DNA from: Bilabrum cf. latius
Lineage: Eukaryota
Reading direction: 5' to 3'
Length of the DNA stretch: 64,000 nt
Assembly: GCA_965178125.1 (NCBI GenBank)
Contig: OZ237741.1
Location: 620,001-684,000 of the forward strand
Every line of letters begins with the position of its first letter. The stretch's first letter is position 1. Shown one piece after another: positions 11,704-24,200 of the stretch. Below the pieces are notes generated by a model. That model was not told the origin of the DNA and did not search any database. It saw only the letters and a program-made list of their open reading frames with translations. The position numbers and the translations under genes are program-made.

Positions 11704-14700
11704 ATGTGTATTGTCAGAGCAGTTGTATTTGTATTCTTACTTGTGGATACCGCCGTAGCTACGGAGATTGAAGCTGAGAATGTGTCAAAGTCTCCCGCAG
11801 CGCTTGCAGAGCAGTTTCGGCACAGCCTCAGGAGCGTTCTGTCTCGCGTCAGCACAATCCGTTTTGAAATTGAAGAATTTTAGAGGAAATCTAATTGGAC
11901 TGCTTCACTAGTGCGATAGTTTGCTTCTGTAGATGCGATATCTGCTGGCTCAAGCTTTCACCACGAGGTTGAATCTCCAGAATAGATTCGCCCTGTGCAG
12001 TCATCAGGGCCTCCATTGTTTATGGTGGCAGGGCGGGCTGGAGAGTCATGCCACCAAGTGTGCCACTCTATTGGGCGGACCTGCAGAAGGCATTTTATGC
12101 CCGTTGCAAACACGTGCGAAGCAATGCGAGGTGGTTTCGGATGCAAAGGACCGTGCTTGTTCGGATATGGTGAAGGCCATCCAGCAGCCATATTTCGTCG
12201 AAAAGCTCCAAGCAGGGAAGCGCGTCCACCACCAAGCTCTAGACCACTGCTGGGCTCGCTGGGGCACGAGAGCCGCGATCGCAAGGCTGTGGGGGATAGT
12301 GCAGCCAGGGCGCTGAGCGGGGATGTAGAACCGGAACTTGGGGCGGCTCAAGTAGCAGAGCAACGCTCGAAGGATGAGGAAGCAGGCCACTCACCGCCAG
12401 CAAGGGATGCACCGGGATATGACGACGATGTGCTCGCAGACGATGGTAATGCCATTGAGGGTGAGGGCAGCAGCAAGTCAAGCACGCCATTGGGAGAGAC
12501 TGAGAGAGAATCAATTGCGCAGAGCACAACCGAGGCGGAATTTTCGTAGGATATCAAAGCCAAAGCTGTCAAAAGCACGCCAGCACCAGCGACTCATGCG
12601 ATAGGCAGCACATCTGAAAATACGGCAACGACAAGACCGCAGGATGAAAGATCTACCATTCACTCCAAGAGTATTGAAGGCAGCACCGAGCCAATAGACC
12701 GCGGCACAGATTCACGCATGTCTCACAATGCTACGTCTAGAGCAGGCGGCCACGCGCCTCACGATACGCAAGAGGAGACCGGCCTGAGCACAGGCTAGGG
12801 AGCAGCACCGGTCGGCATGCAGGACAGAGATGCGCAAGCCAGGCGGGCAGAGGCTACCTGTTTCGTGCACGCGGATCTGCCAGCGGTGCCTCACGGCCTG
12901 TACCTGGACCTGCTGCGTGCCTATGGAGTATCCATGGCTTGGCGAGGGGACGGCGCGCTGGAAGCGAGGGGCATTTCACGAGGGTATAGACGACGGTTGT
13001 TCAGTGAGCACCGGGAGAGCGCGGCTGCAGCTGCCTTGAACGATACGTCTAAGTCTTTGCAATGGAACGGAAGACAGGGTGAGGTGCCGCCTGTCCAGCC
13101 ACAAGGCCCATCAACAAGGGGCGTGAGCCCCCCGTCGTCCTCGGGGATACACCCCGTCGAGGCCAAGGGTCTGGTGCTTCCTAGTCCACCTACAGCAGTT
13201 CAATCCACTCAAGACAGCACCACCAGCATAAAGGCCACTTCAACTGGAAGCACCAGTGGCAGCAGCATCAATAAGAAGAGTGAAGCAGGAGTCCCTGATT
13301 CACCACAGGATTCGCAGCCCGCACTTGGGCCAAGGGAGGCCGCGTGGGAGGCCCTTCAGGCAGCCGTTCCAGTCGGACCTGCAGGCGAGGCCCAGGCAGT
13401 GGTGTGGTGCGATGGTTCTCATCCAAGCGAGGCCAGGCTGTGTCCGTGTGGAGAGCATTCTCTGCTGGTGGAAGCTGCGGATGCTCTTCGGCGCATCTTG
13501 CGCGAGGACGAGAGCGAGCGAGGGCTGGAACTAGAGGGCGTGGGGGAGCTGGAGGATGCCATGGGCCGGCTATCAACTGACTGCAAGGCCGGGTTCGTGG
13601 AACTGGAGCAATCGTAGCAGCAGCTGACAGAGCTGCGCGCCCGTTAGATGGATGCAGACATGACCGACGCGCTGCTGCAGAGTCTCAATAAAGTAGACTA
13701 CGAGTCGGGGACAGTGCAACTGCCTGATGGGACCAGGCTTCCATTCCAGGCTGCAATGGACCAGCTCGCTAGCTTACTAGCGAAGCGTGGCAAGAACGCA
13801 GCTGCGCCGCCGCGAGCCTCCACCAGTCCTGGTCAGGCCGCCGGGGACGCGAGCGCACCACGTGCTGGCCCAGCCGAAGATAGTAAGCGCAGATCCCACA
13901 CTCATGGACCCTTGCCGCATACCACCCTGGCCAAAGACCTCGAGTCGGAAGTTGACGTTGGCAGCGGTGAGGATTCGCAGGAGAGCGTCCTGGATACTCT
14001 GCTGGGCCTCATGACTGGATCCACGCGGCGGCGGCACGCGGTGGAGGACGCGAAGGAGCAGGTCACGGGGCACGGACCAGGGAATCAGCCATCACTGTCC
14101 GCGTGGGAGCAAGCCGCCCTGCGCACCGGAAATGCGGAGACCAGAGCTGACAGGGAAGCAGACGACGATTTCGAGGCGGCTGGGGCTGGCCATGGGACGC
14201 AGCAGGGGCAGCGCAGCTCAGCCGACCCTCACGATCCAGCAGTCACGGGAGGTGGCACGCGGCAAGGATCGGGCTCGTCCGCCGCAGTGGGGCTTGGGAA
14301 TCTCCTCGACCTGCCCGTGCAAGATCCTGCCATGCTCAGCTACAACGAGCACCTGCTGCAGGACATCGCGTGCCTCCTGGCCGCTGCCGCTGTGGGGGGC
14401 GTGCTGGCGTCCTTCATTGGCGCGCCTCCCTCTTTCGGATACCTGATTGGAGGGGCAGCCATCGGGCCCTCTGGACTCGGCATTGTCACGCAGCTGGCCC
14501 ATGTCGGCACAGTGGCGCAATTTGGAGTCGTGTTTCCCCTCTTTGCAAACGGACTGCATTTCAGCACGTTCTAGTCTGGTAGCTAGCAAGCGCCACGGTA
14601 GCCAGCTGCTGGCAGCGCAGGAAGTCAAAGCCGAGAGCTGCTACCCACTGATAGCAGCACGCTAGGCTGGGCCCCGTCACTGACGCAAGGCATCGACGAG

Positions 14701-14715
14701 GCCGGCTCGATCCCA

Positions 14716-14749
<34 letters not shown>

Positions 14750-16161
14750 CCAGAGATAGCACCCGGTCCCCCTCGAGGGGCAGCGCCGGGGCAGCGGGAG
14801 CCCCCCGGGTAGTCCCTACTGCAAGTAGCCCCAGGGCAGGGCACGATGATGCTGCAGCGAACAGGGCAGTGGCCGCGCTGGTAGCACCGGCAAGCCATCT
14901 GCGGCAAGCCGCTGCGACTGCCGTCATCCTAGCCGTCGCTTTCTCCGCTTCTGCGGCCCTGGCTGCCCCCGCCCTCGGCCTCGCCCCCGACCCGCTGCAG
15001 GGGGCTCTTATCGGACTGGCCGCGTCGCTGTCTTCCCCAGGTGTGACGATTGCAAACCTCTTGCAGGAGCGGTGTGCGCACGCGCCTGCCGGGCGCCTGA
15101 GCGCGGGCACGCTCGCGGTGCAGGACCTGCTCATGGGGCTGCTGCTGTCCGTGCCACACGTGGCTGCTTCCAGGAAGCAGGAGGTGCCGGGAGCCTCCAC
15201 GCTGTCTTTCGCTGCCAACGCCTTGATCCGATCCATGTTCGCGTTTGTGCTTGTCGTGATGGTGACCGTGGTGGTGGGCCGCACCGTGGTGCCGGCAGCG
15301 GTCGGGGTGCTGGCCAAGCGGCAGGGCAGGGCGCCGCAGGAGGTCCTCTTCCTCGCCCTCGTGGCCCTGTGCATGCTGCTGGCGGTTGCGACGGACGCGT
15401 TCGGGCTGTCCCTGGAGATGGGCGCGTTCTTCGCCGGACTCATGGTGGCGGCAAGCCCGGTGGCGGAGAGCGTGGGGAGGCGGTTGCAACCTCTGGTGCA
15501 GGTGTTCGGCGGCATGTTCTTTGCTTCGATCGGGCTCATCATCAGCCCCGGCTTCGTGTGGTCCCACGGGCAGCTGATTCTGGGGGGTCTTGTGGCCGTG
15601 ATGGCGGCCAAGGCGGCCACTGTTGCGCTCGCGGGGCGAGGGGCTGGGCTGCCGTGGGGGGAGGCCAGCCTGGCTGGACTGGCCCTGGCGCAAGTAAGCG
15701 AGTACTCCTTGATTTTCACGGGCAAGGCGCACGCGATGGGACTGCTGTCCAGGAGAACGTACCTGGTCGGGCTGACGGTGACCGTGGCCTCACTCGTCAC
15801 ATCCCCGCTGGCTGTGGCTCTGCATGCCGTGATGAGGGGGGTCAGGGTAAGGGCGGGCAGCACGGTGCTGCTGGGGGCCCATGAGGGCGAATTGGACCGG
15901 GCGGGGGCGGTGGGCGTGGCGGAGGAGGATGAGGAGTCTGCAGCAGCGGGCGCTGCCGGTGGCGTGAGGTCACTGGCAGGCCCCCGTGCCCAAGGACCGA
16001 TCAAGGACCGGCAGGACGGTATCGCGACGACGGCCGGGCTTCCCGATCGCGTCGATAAACAAGAGGAGCAGCAGCCTCTTGTCGAATCAAAGGGGGTCGG
16101 CGAGCACGAGGCGAGTGCCCACAAGCGACGCATCATGGCTGCAGGTGAGCAGGATTGGTGA
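11704..16161 (+). CDS. CPA2-family K+/H+ antiporter (KEA4-6/TMCO3-like) with long N-terminal region, about 1485 aa, single reading frame
   Basis: ORFs starting 11620, 11995, 12817, 13648 and 14869 share one frame and are separated only by 10 TAGs. Signal peptide at the start. CPA2 motifs GYLIGGAAIGPSGL, VAQFGVVF, GTLAVQDL, GLSLEMGAFFAG, FFASIGL, LAQVSEYS. Ends TGA. Confidence 0.85.
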
Positions 16162-16235
16162 GGTTGAACGCGCTCTGCTGTGCTGGCATACACCATCAGA
16201 CAATCATGGAAGGTCGTACATAATCGATTCATTTG

Positions 16236-16660
16236 TCATTGCCGCCCCTCTGTGGCTTCAGCCTGCTTCCTTTCCCGTACAATCCTCTCCATGTCCTGGT
16301 ATGTGGCGTGGTCTGGAAATAGCAACACCTTACTCGTATCAGTCGTAGCTGCCAATCGAGACATCTGCGCATGTACGTCGATAGATTCGGAAATCGATCG
16401 GGCATGGAGGGTGAGCGGAAAGACCACTGGGCAAGCAGACGTTGCAAGACATGGGGCAGAACGGTTGCGGTCCTCACACTCTCCTCAGCGTGGTCATCAT
16501 GATCGCCGTGACTGTGCTACTCAGCTTCCCATGTCTTCAAGTAGTATGAAGCACATAGTGGCACAAAGTACAACGCAAAGAGCTTTGGTGCCCACCCAAC
16601 AATACGCTCATACGCGATCGCGTGGTCCCCCGCGAGCTTGAACAAGCGAAACGAGCTCAT
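16236..16660 (-). CDS. Small single-TM hypothetical protein, about 103 aa, exons 16660-16478 and 16364-16236
   Basis: ATG at 16660; hydrophobic segment LFALYFVPLCASYYL; His-rich linker; TAG at 16517; phase-0 intron GTGAGG...GCGCAG. Ends TGA. Confidence 0.55.
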
Positions 16661-16886
16661 CCTTCCTCCAACTAGCAGCCTAAGATTTGAATAAAAAGGC
16701 TCGTGTCCTATTTTCTGCTACCTGCCGACCGTAAAGCCGGTCACTCGGTCAATATGGATGGCAGTCAAAGTCTGGATTCTTTCAATTATACAGTGTAATT
16801 TCACCTTCACAATCGTCATCTTGCGGCAGTGATCCGCGGTTTCGTCGATCAGATTCTTCCAGCGATTTCTGTCGATAAAAGGCGAC

Positions 16887-18101
16887 ATGCCCTCGATTGG
16901 GCAACACAAACACGATATTATACTATTGAAGCTCCCAAGTGTAGCAGATAATAATGAAGTTAATATCAAGCTTGCGGCCTCATCGGCTGCTTGGACTAGA
17001 TTGGCACATACCAGCAAAATTCTCGATAGAATTGAGTCCGGAGGCTTTCGGGGTACATGGCAAGACCGATAGGACCAAAATGTGCTGGATAGTCCAAGAT
17101 CAAGGCTGAATGCTGCCCAAAGAAATGCTATTCTGAGGCTGGCATCGCAGCAAGAAGCCGCTATCGTCGCAATGCGACGCAGGCGGCTAGAGGCGGTGAT
17201 CGCAGAGCAGGAACGAAATCAAACCGAGCTCAAGGGATAGATTAGACTTGTGCAAATATTTTGCTTTTTCCAGGGCATACTTTGCGTCTTGGACCTTGGA
17301 CTAGGGCGAGCGACCGGTGCCGGTGTTCTTGCTATTATCGTGGGACTCGTGGGGGTCGGCTGGTCGCTACACTTGGCTGTCGCTGCGTACTGCGCATGGA
17401 GCTACGTCGATGCGTTCGTGTAGGTTGCACGATTATTTCTGCCGCACCCTTTCGGTGTAGACTCGCTGCAAACTGAGGTTCCAGCTGCCGCGGCATTGAC
17501 AATCTCGTTTCGGATTCTACTGGGGTTAGTCGCCGGATCATTGGCAGCAATCGTAGTCGATAGGTTAGCAGGCTCTAATATGCTGCAATGCGTGTGGTTT
17601 GGCTGCGTCGGGAGAGGCTCGTGCGCTGGATGCAGCTCGAATCCTCTGGGCGACCGCAGTGGGTTGGCGGCTTCCGAACACCGTCTACCTGCTAGGAACG
17701 GAGCTTTCCGTCGAGACCGATCCCCAGTGGATATTACAGTACTTCATAATACCATCTAGTCGGTATAGACCTCGCAGTAGAGCTCCATGTTGCTTCGGAC
17801 AAGATCTCGGCGGAATCTTCACCACACCACAGCTGGATTGCTGCGGAGGGGAGAATCCGCAAGGCTTGCCGAGCTGCGACTTGCTGCTGCTGAGAACACG
17901 CGGTCCAGCAATGATCTTGTCGGTGGCGCATCGGAGGCCCAAGCTGACCGCGCAAGCGACGCGTCGACGACTAGTGATGAGGGTGGCTCTCTGTCTCATC
18001 AGTCAATCCCACTGGATTTCCGAGCCTCGGCGAGTGAAGCACGGGACGGAGATACTACAAGCATAAATCCTCTTACAAAGAATGGATCAGGGCGACACTG
18101 A
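16887..18101 (+). CDS. Hypothetical multi-pass membrane protein, about 404 aa
   Basis: One frame broken only by six TAG (17070, 17238, 17421, 17757, 17766, 17778). A predicted coiled coil is followed by 3-4 hydrophobic segments. Ends TGA; start codon uncertain. Confidence 0.65.
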
Positions 18102-18238
18102 GCCGCTTGGCCAGGCTATGAGGAGAGGTGTATGCGCCGAGAATCTGGGTAGACCAGCGTGCGACGGAATGGTGCACAGTTTGATCGTTTAATTTGCATG
18201 GCACTATAAAGCACCTGCTTGATTTTGGTAGATGACCC

Positions 18239-21204
18239 TCACTGGGGCGATATCATTCGCACGCACGCTTCCGCTGCCTATGAAGCCTCCTCTGCACCCG
18301 CGCGAGCTCCCGCGTCAGCTGCCTCCTTGGCCCAGCCGGCCAGCTCTCTAACACCATCGGCCCCATCCACGTCGCTCCAGCACTTTCTGTCAGTAGCAGC
18401 TCTCACCCCCGTACTATCCAGCACGGCCAGCTGCGACGCCGCAGTGGAAGGCGCGCTCCAGCGCACCCCGCGGAAGACAGCGGCGGGCGGCGCGAACCAC
18501 GGCAGGGCAAGCGCCACGTATCCCCCATCGGAGGCCGGAAGCATGACGGCCTCGCCTGTGCGCGCGCACCGATCCATCGCTGCCATGATATCAGAGGCGG
18601 GAACCATCGGACAATCCGCGCCTAGCAGCAGCGTCGGCCCGAATGCGCCCCCCTCCCCCCCTCCGATCGATCCCGACATGCCCTCGGCAGATGCTGCGAG
18701 CACGCTGGCCCCCTCTGCCTCAAGCACCTCCCCTGCTTCCTCAAAGCACCCCACCGTGTCGCCTTCTTGTTCCCTGCGCGTGGCATACCCCCCGCTCAGC
18801 TGGGACCGCAGAACAGCCGCAGACAAGACGTCCGAGAGATCCCGCTCACCTCGCACCACCGCAATCGCCACACCAGGCGCCTTCATCTCCAGGTCCGCAG
18901 CTAGCCCCGCAAGGGCTTGCACCGCTTCATCCGGAGCGCCCGCACTACCGGTCTTGCCCCCCTCTGCCCCAGCCAGGACGGACTTGGCGCCCGCCGCGGC
19001 CGCCCCTGGGTCCATAGATGAGTCACCGCCGCCTGCCTCTGCCCCAGTACCCCGGGGTAGGGCGCACAGCAGCTGAACTCCCCCGGCGTATCCCGGCTCG
19101 CTCGTCACACCGGCGCATGTGGCCAGCAAACACGCGCGCGCCACAGCTGCGGCGGCCCTGTCTGCCGGGTCGGGCCCGCCTCCACCGGTGGATTCGCCGG
19201 CTGCAGAGCCAGAGCCACCCTTGCGAAGCGCTGCAGCGAGACGAGTTTTGCAGCGGCCCGGCAGAGGCAGCTTGCCCACGACCACGACGTTGCCGGCAGC
19301 AGGCGAGCGCGAGCCTGTGGCTGCTTCCCCCTTCGAGTTCAACCTGGACTTGACCCCACGCTCCACGATCCCGCTCGCCCGCCCAACGACCAGCTCCACC
19401 ACCCGCCCCACAGCAGCCCCCGGGGCACCCCTCGAGGAACCTTCGCTGGAGCCCCCTGCACCCGAGGCGGCGGCGCCAATGAACCCGGCCCTAGTCACCC
19501 CCTGCGAAAGCGCCACCCTCGCCAGCACCCCCGCATCCCGCAGCAGCACCCGTCCGCTCTCTCGCAGCACCGCGGCCACCTCGTCGGCAGCGTCCCCCGC
19601 CAGGAGCCGGATCGCGCCTGCATCGTCGCCGGCTGCAGCCCCGGCCGACCCGTCGGTCGAGGCTAGACCGCCGCCTGCCGCAGCCGCGATCCGGAGCAGT
19701 TCTGCACCAACGGCCCGCAGCACAAACCCGGTCCTAGCCTCCTCCTCCTCAGCAACCGACCCATGCGCACTCGTCACACCGCTGGAAGAAGCGCCTGTAG
19801 AACCGGAAGACGAAGACTGGCTGTGGCCGCACGCCCCCATGTGAGCCCGCATCGCCGCCGCCACGCACTCCCTGGCGCACCTCGCCCACGTGCTCGCGTT
19901 CAACCTTGCCCTGCCTGCCTTCTCCCCCTGGATGAAGCGGGCATAGCCCCCCTGGTACACGCTCACGCCCCCCATCTGGTGCGAGGGACCGGCGCGCGGG
20001 ACGTGCTTGTCCCTGCCCGCGCCCCCTCCAGTGGTGCCCACGCCAGTGGCGGTCTCGGCATCTGCGGCCTCGAGGGCGGCGGCACGCGCGGCTGCTGCGA
20101 GAGCCGCCGACACAAGGTGTGCCGCCAGCGTACCCGCGTCGAGGAGCGGAGGACCCATCCCGGCCTGCGGGGCAATCGTCACGCGCACGTCGCTGCCGTC
20201 GTCTTCCCCGTCGTCGCTGGGGGCCCTCGTCTCCTCAGGTACTCCGCCGCTGCTGCCACCCCCCTAAGGGGCAGTGCCCGGTGCAGGGGCAGTGTCGGGC
20301 AGGCCCAGGGCCTGCATGAGCGTGGCCTTGGCCTTGGTGTCCACGGGGCCCTCTTCCATGGCCCAGGGGTCAGGGGCCCCGCCAGCCATCGCGGCCCCTC
20401 CCGCACCGCTACCGGGAGACCACGACTCGTCGTCCTGCCTGCGACCGGGTCCCACCGCTGCGATGTGACGAGTGGTTAGGCCACCCAGACATGGTGCGCT
20501 GCGCTGTTCCCTGCACTCCCCGAGGAACCGAGCAGCGGCGGACCGCGCGGCCGTGTCGCCCTCAGAGAGACAGGCCTCCACTGCCGCCTCGAACTGGCGT
20601 GCGCTCGCCCACGCGCTCGGCTGGGAAGATGCGCTGCGCTAAAGGGCGGCAAACGGGCGGGCTGATGGGCTACCGGCTCGAAACACGGACGAGAAATCTC
20701 CAAGGAGGGTCCCGACCCGTCGACCCAGGCACTCGAACGAGGCGTCGCGACCGACAGCGTCCCGGACGGCCGTGTGGGGCGTCACGTGCGCAAGAGCGAC
20801 CAGGCCATCAGCAGGGTCGTGATGCAGAACCTACACACCTCCCACCATTGATCCGGCCGACGGTACGCCCTCCAAAGCCTTGAACGCCGCGACGAGGGCC
20901 GAAGCCCTGGTGCCACGGGCTGCACCATTGTCCGCCATCGCCAGCACTCGCGCCTCCCTCAATAGCCCAGTGAGTCGCCATTCTTCTGTACCTTGTTCTT
21001 TCATTGCAGATTCCTGCGTAGGACGCGTGCAGTAGGACAAATACACTGCAGATCTTGTGGACGAGATCGTGGCCTTCCATGCGAACAGACCTAACTGCTT
21101 ACCTGCTTTGCTGCAGACCACATCGCTTTGCTGTCGCCACCAAGGCCTGATTTAAGATCCACTACATGCTCCCCTAGGTCTAAAACGCTGTCTTCATTCA
21201 GCAT
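18239..21204 (-). CDS. Fusion of a degenerate methylthioribose-kinase/APH-like region and a C-terminal DUF2064 (nucleotide-diphospho-sugar transferase/CofC-like) domain, about 958 aa, exons 21204-21103 and 21013-18239
   Basis: DUF2064 motifs VVVGKLPLPGRCKTRL, LLGADCP, PASDGGYVAL, FRGVRWS, WSDVD. TAG at 20831, 20639, 20264, 18278. Intron GTAAGC...ACGCAG. Ends TGA. The kinase similarity is weak and judged by eye. Confidence 0.7.
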
Positions 21205-21293
21205 GGTAACTAGAAAGGGTAATTTTGCTCGCAAGATTCGAACGGCCGCAAACTGGACCCGGAGCGAGCGATCTGGATTACGGATCGGCTCGA

Positions 21294-24200
21294 TCACCTG
21301 CCTCGAACCAGCGGCGAACCATCGCTATCGCTCTGGCTCGTGCCCAGATCCACCCCGGATGAGCCCCTCCTGCCCAACTGCCTCGGCGGAGTCGCCTCCC
21401 AGCTTGCCTCGGGCATCGTCTCGAGCGCCTGCCCGATCCCAGCCCCCAGCTGCTGCCTCTGGGGCATGGGAATAGCCTGCGCTGGGCCACCAGCGGCACC
21501 CACACCCCCCTCCTCTGACGGAGACACCTAATTAGTTGTTCTCTGGGCCTAACCACCTCCCCTCAACACTGCCCTCGCCACCTGCGGGGACATCTGCCTG
21601 CTGGCCCGCCGTGGCCCTGCCAGCAATGAGGCCCAGCACCTCCGGGCGAACTCCCCATCGTCCACCCCGAAGCTTGTTCCCTGGGCCCCCTGCACCACGA
21701 AGTGCAGCGCGTTCGCCAGCTGCCCCAGGGCGTACCCTTGCCTTGGTGACACGCACGGGCCCACCGTGCCCACCGGCCCGCCGGACCCCGCGAACCGCAG
21801 CATGTGAGACAGCTCGCACCAGATCGCCAGCACTGGACCCGCCCTAGAATCCAGGCCGCGCTCCGGCCCCAGGATCGTGGACCGCCGCCGCCCAGAGCCT
21901 GTGGTATCCTCGGGATTGCCCTCCCCATCGCCGGGTGCTCCGCCGGGGGAGGAGGATCCAGAGAACAAGGAGTCGGATGACTCGGGTCGGTGCTGGGTGC
22001 CCCACTGCTGCTTTAAGATGTCTACGGCAGGCGATCCCTTTTCTTTGCGCAGCTCGCCCATCTCGCCCGGGGCACGGAACACGCTCAGCTCCCGCATGCT
22101 CGAGTCCGCTGGCGAGTCCTGTGCGGTGACCGAGGGGCTGCGGCGGCCGCGGATCCGGGGACTCGAGCCGGATGCCCCGCTCCTCGATGGAGGACCCTGC
22201 CCGGTGCTAGACGCCCGGGAGCGCGCCGCTCCGGCCCCCTCCACCACCTGCTGGGGGACATCCCCGGGGGCCTGTGGCGGGAGCGAGGGCAGCTGCGGCT
22301 CCTGCTGCTCCCCGGTGCCCCCGGGTCTCGGCCCCTGGAGCGTGTGAGACTGCCTGCGGCCCATCACCCTGACCTCCTGCTGCAGCTCCCTCACTTGTTC
22401 CCTGGATAGGACCTTAACTCCCCGCTGCAGCCCCAGGCACCGGCACACGAGGTAGATGAGGCAGGGCAGGAAAGCGTCAGCATCGGCCCCGGACTGGGGA
22501 CCCCTGCCACCCGGGGAGCCTGCCCCAATCTCCGCGCTGTCTTCCGTGGCGCGCATGCTCTGCCTCAGGTGCCGCATGATCGCCATGCACGCGCTCTCCG
22601 CGCGGGCAATCTTCGACAGGGAACTGGCCGTGCTCCTGACCCCTCGCAGCTCCCCCGCCGCCACCCGGAATGGGAACCCCCTGTCCTTGCGGCACACGGC
22701 AGGCACGTCCAGGTCGTCGTAGGTGCACCACGACAGCATCCGGCATCGCAGGGCGAGGCGCCTCTCTGCAGCCCGGTCGTCTGCAGCCGGTCCGGGGGGC
22801 CACCGCGGCCTGCCCCCCCTCACGCACTGGGCCTGGAGCTGCTCGCACACCTGCACGGCTTCATCGGCGAAGGGACCGGCCCCCTGGCACACTGCCGCGG
22901 GCGTGCCCGGAAGAAGCTCCACGACCTCTTTGACGGTGAACTTAAGCTCCTCTCGCATCAGCGGCCGCAGCAGCTGCCCCAGCGAAACCGCCTCGGACTG
23001 CGCGAGGGCTTTAGTTAGCTCTGCCTCGGCCATCTGGAGGGCGGGCAGCAGAATGGCGCCCGGCACGGGCAGCTTCCCACTGCGCCACTGCTCTGCCCCC
23101 CTCTGCACCTGCTGCTGCTGCTAACGCGGCTGCTCGTCATCGTCAGAGGGTCGCAATATTCTTTGTTCCCCGGAGCTGGTCCCCACCGCACCCCCAGCCG
23201 CGTCAGCCGTGCCACCACCGGCAACCCCTCCGGCCCTCGAGGCCCCCTAGCCGGCTGCTCCCGAGTTGCCCGCCCCAAACAGCAGCACCGTGTCCGCGTC
23301 TTCTGCCCCTGAAGCGGGCGCGCTGTGCAGCCGCCTTGCGGCCCCGTCAACCCCGCCGGCGCTGTTGCCTGCGTTCCAGCGCCATGGGTCCCGGTCGTGG
23401 ACGGGCCTCGGGACAGTGGAGGCCCCCGGGGCCCCGTCAATGAGCGGGAACGGCGTCTTCCACGGCTGCTGCAGGCACAGCCACTGAGCCAGGGACCAGA
23501 GCATGGCCCGCGCCTCAGACCCCGCAGCGTCCCACGGGCTGTACATGCACCCCAGCACGCCCAGCGGGGCTCGGACGCGACCTGCAGCCTGCCCCACGCC
23601 CGCACCCGCTCGGGGCACAGCCCGCCCAGCGCTCTCGGGTCCTCCTTTCTTTTGCACCGCGGTGGACAGAGAAAGCCCTGCCGCCTCTCGGGCCGCGGCC
23701 TTCTGCGCGAACCTGCCCCTGCGACGCTTGACGGGAGCCTTCTTCTACCCCTCTGCCTGCGCTCCCGCCGATGCCCCGCCCTGGTTGGAGCCCCGGCCGG
23801 CGGCCTCCTTGATCTCGGGAGGGACGGGCTCTCCCTGGGCCTCCAGCTCGGCGATCTCCGAGAGGGCCTTGACTCTGACGGGGTCCCACGCGGTGCCTCC
23901 ACGGGCTGGGCCTGCCGATGCTGCGGCGGGCGCTTTCGCGCCGCTAGCAGCCGCTTGCTCCGAGGCTGTCAGTCTCCGGTGGACGTCCCTGGCGATGCGC
24001 TGTCCCTCCGCCTCGGCCATCTTCCTGAGAACCGCCACGGGGTGGGAAGGGTCGCTCGGGGGCACCGCGTCCCTGCCCTCTCCAGAGGGGGCCACCTGGA
24101 ACACCCGGAATCGCAGCTCCGACTCCGCCTCGGTCTCGAATTCACGGAGGTCCCAGAGGGAGCGGGCACGGGCCAGGGATGCGGGTGCGAAGGGATACCA

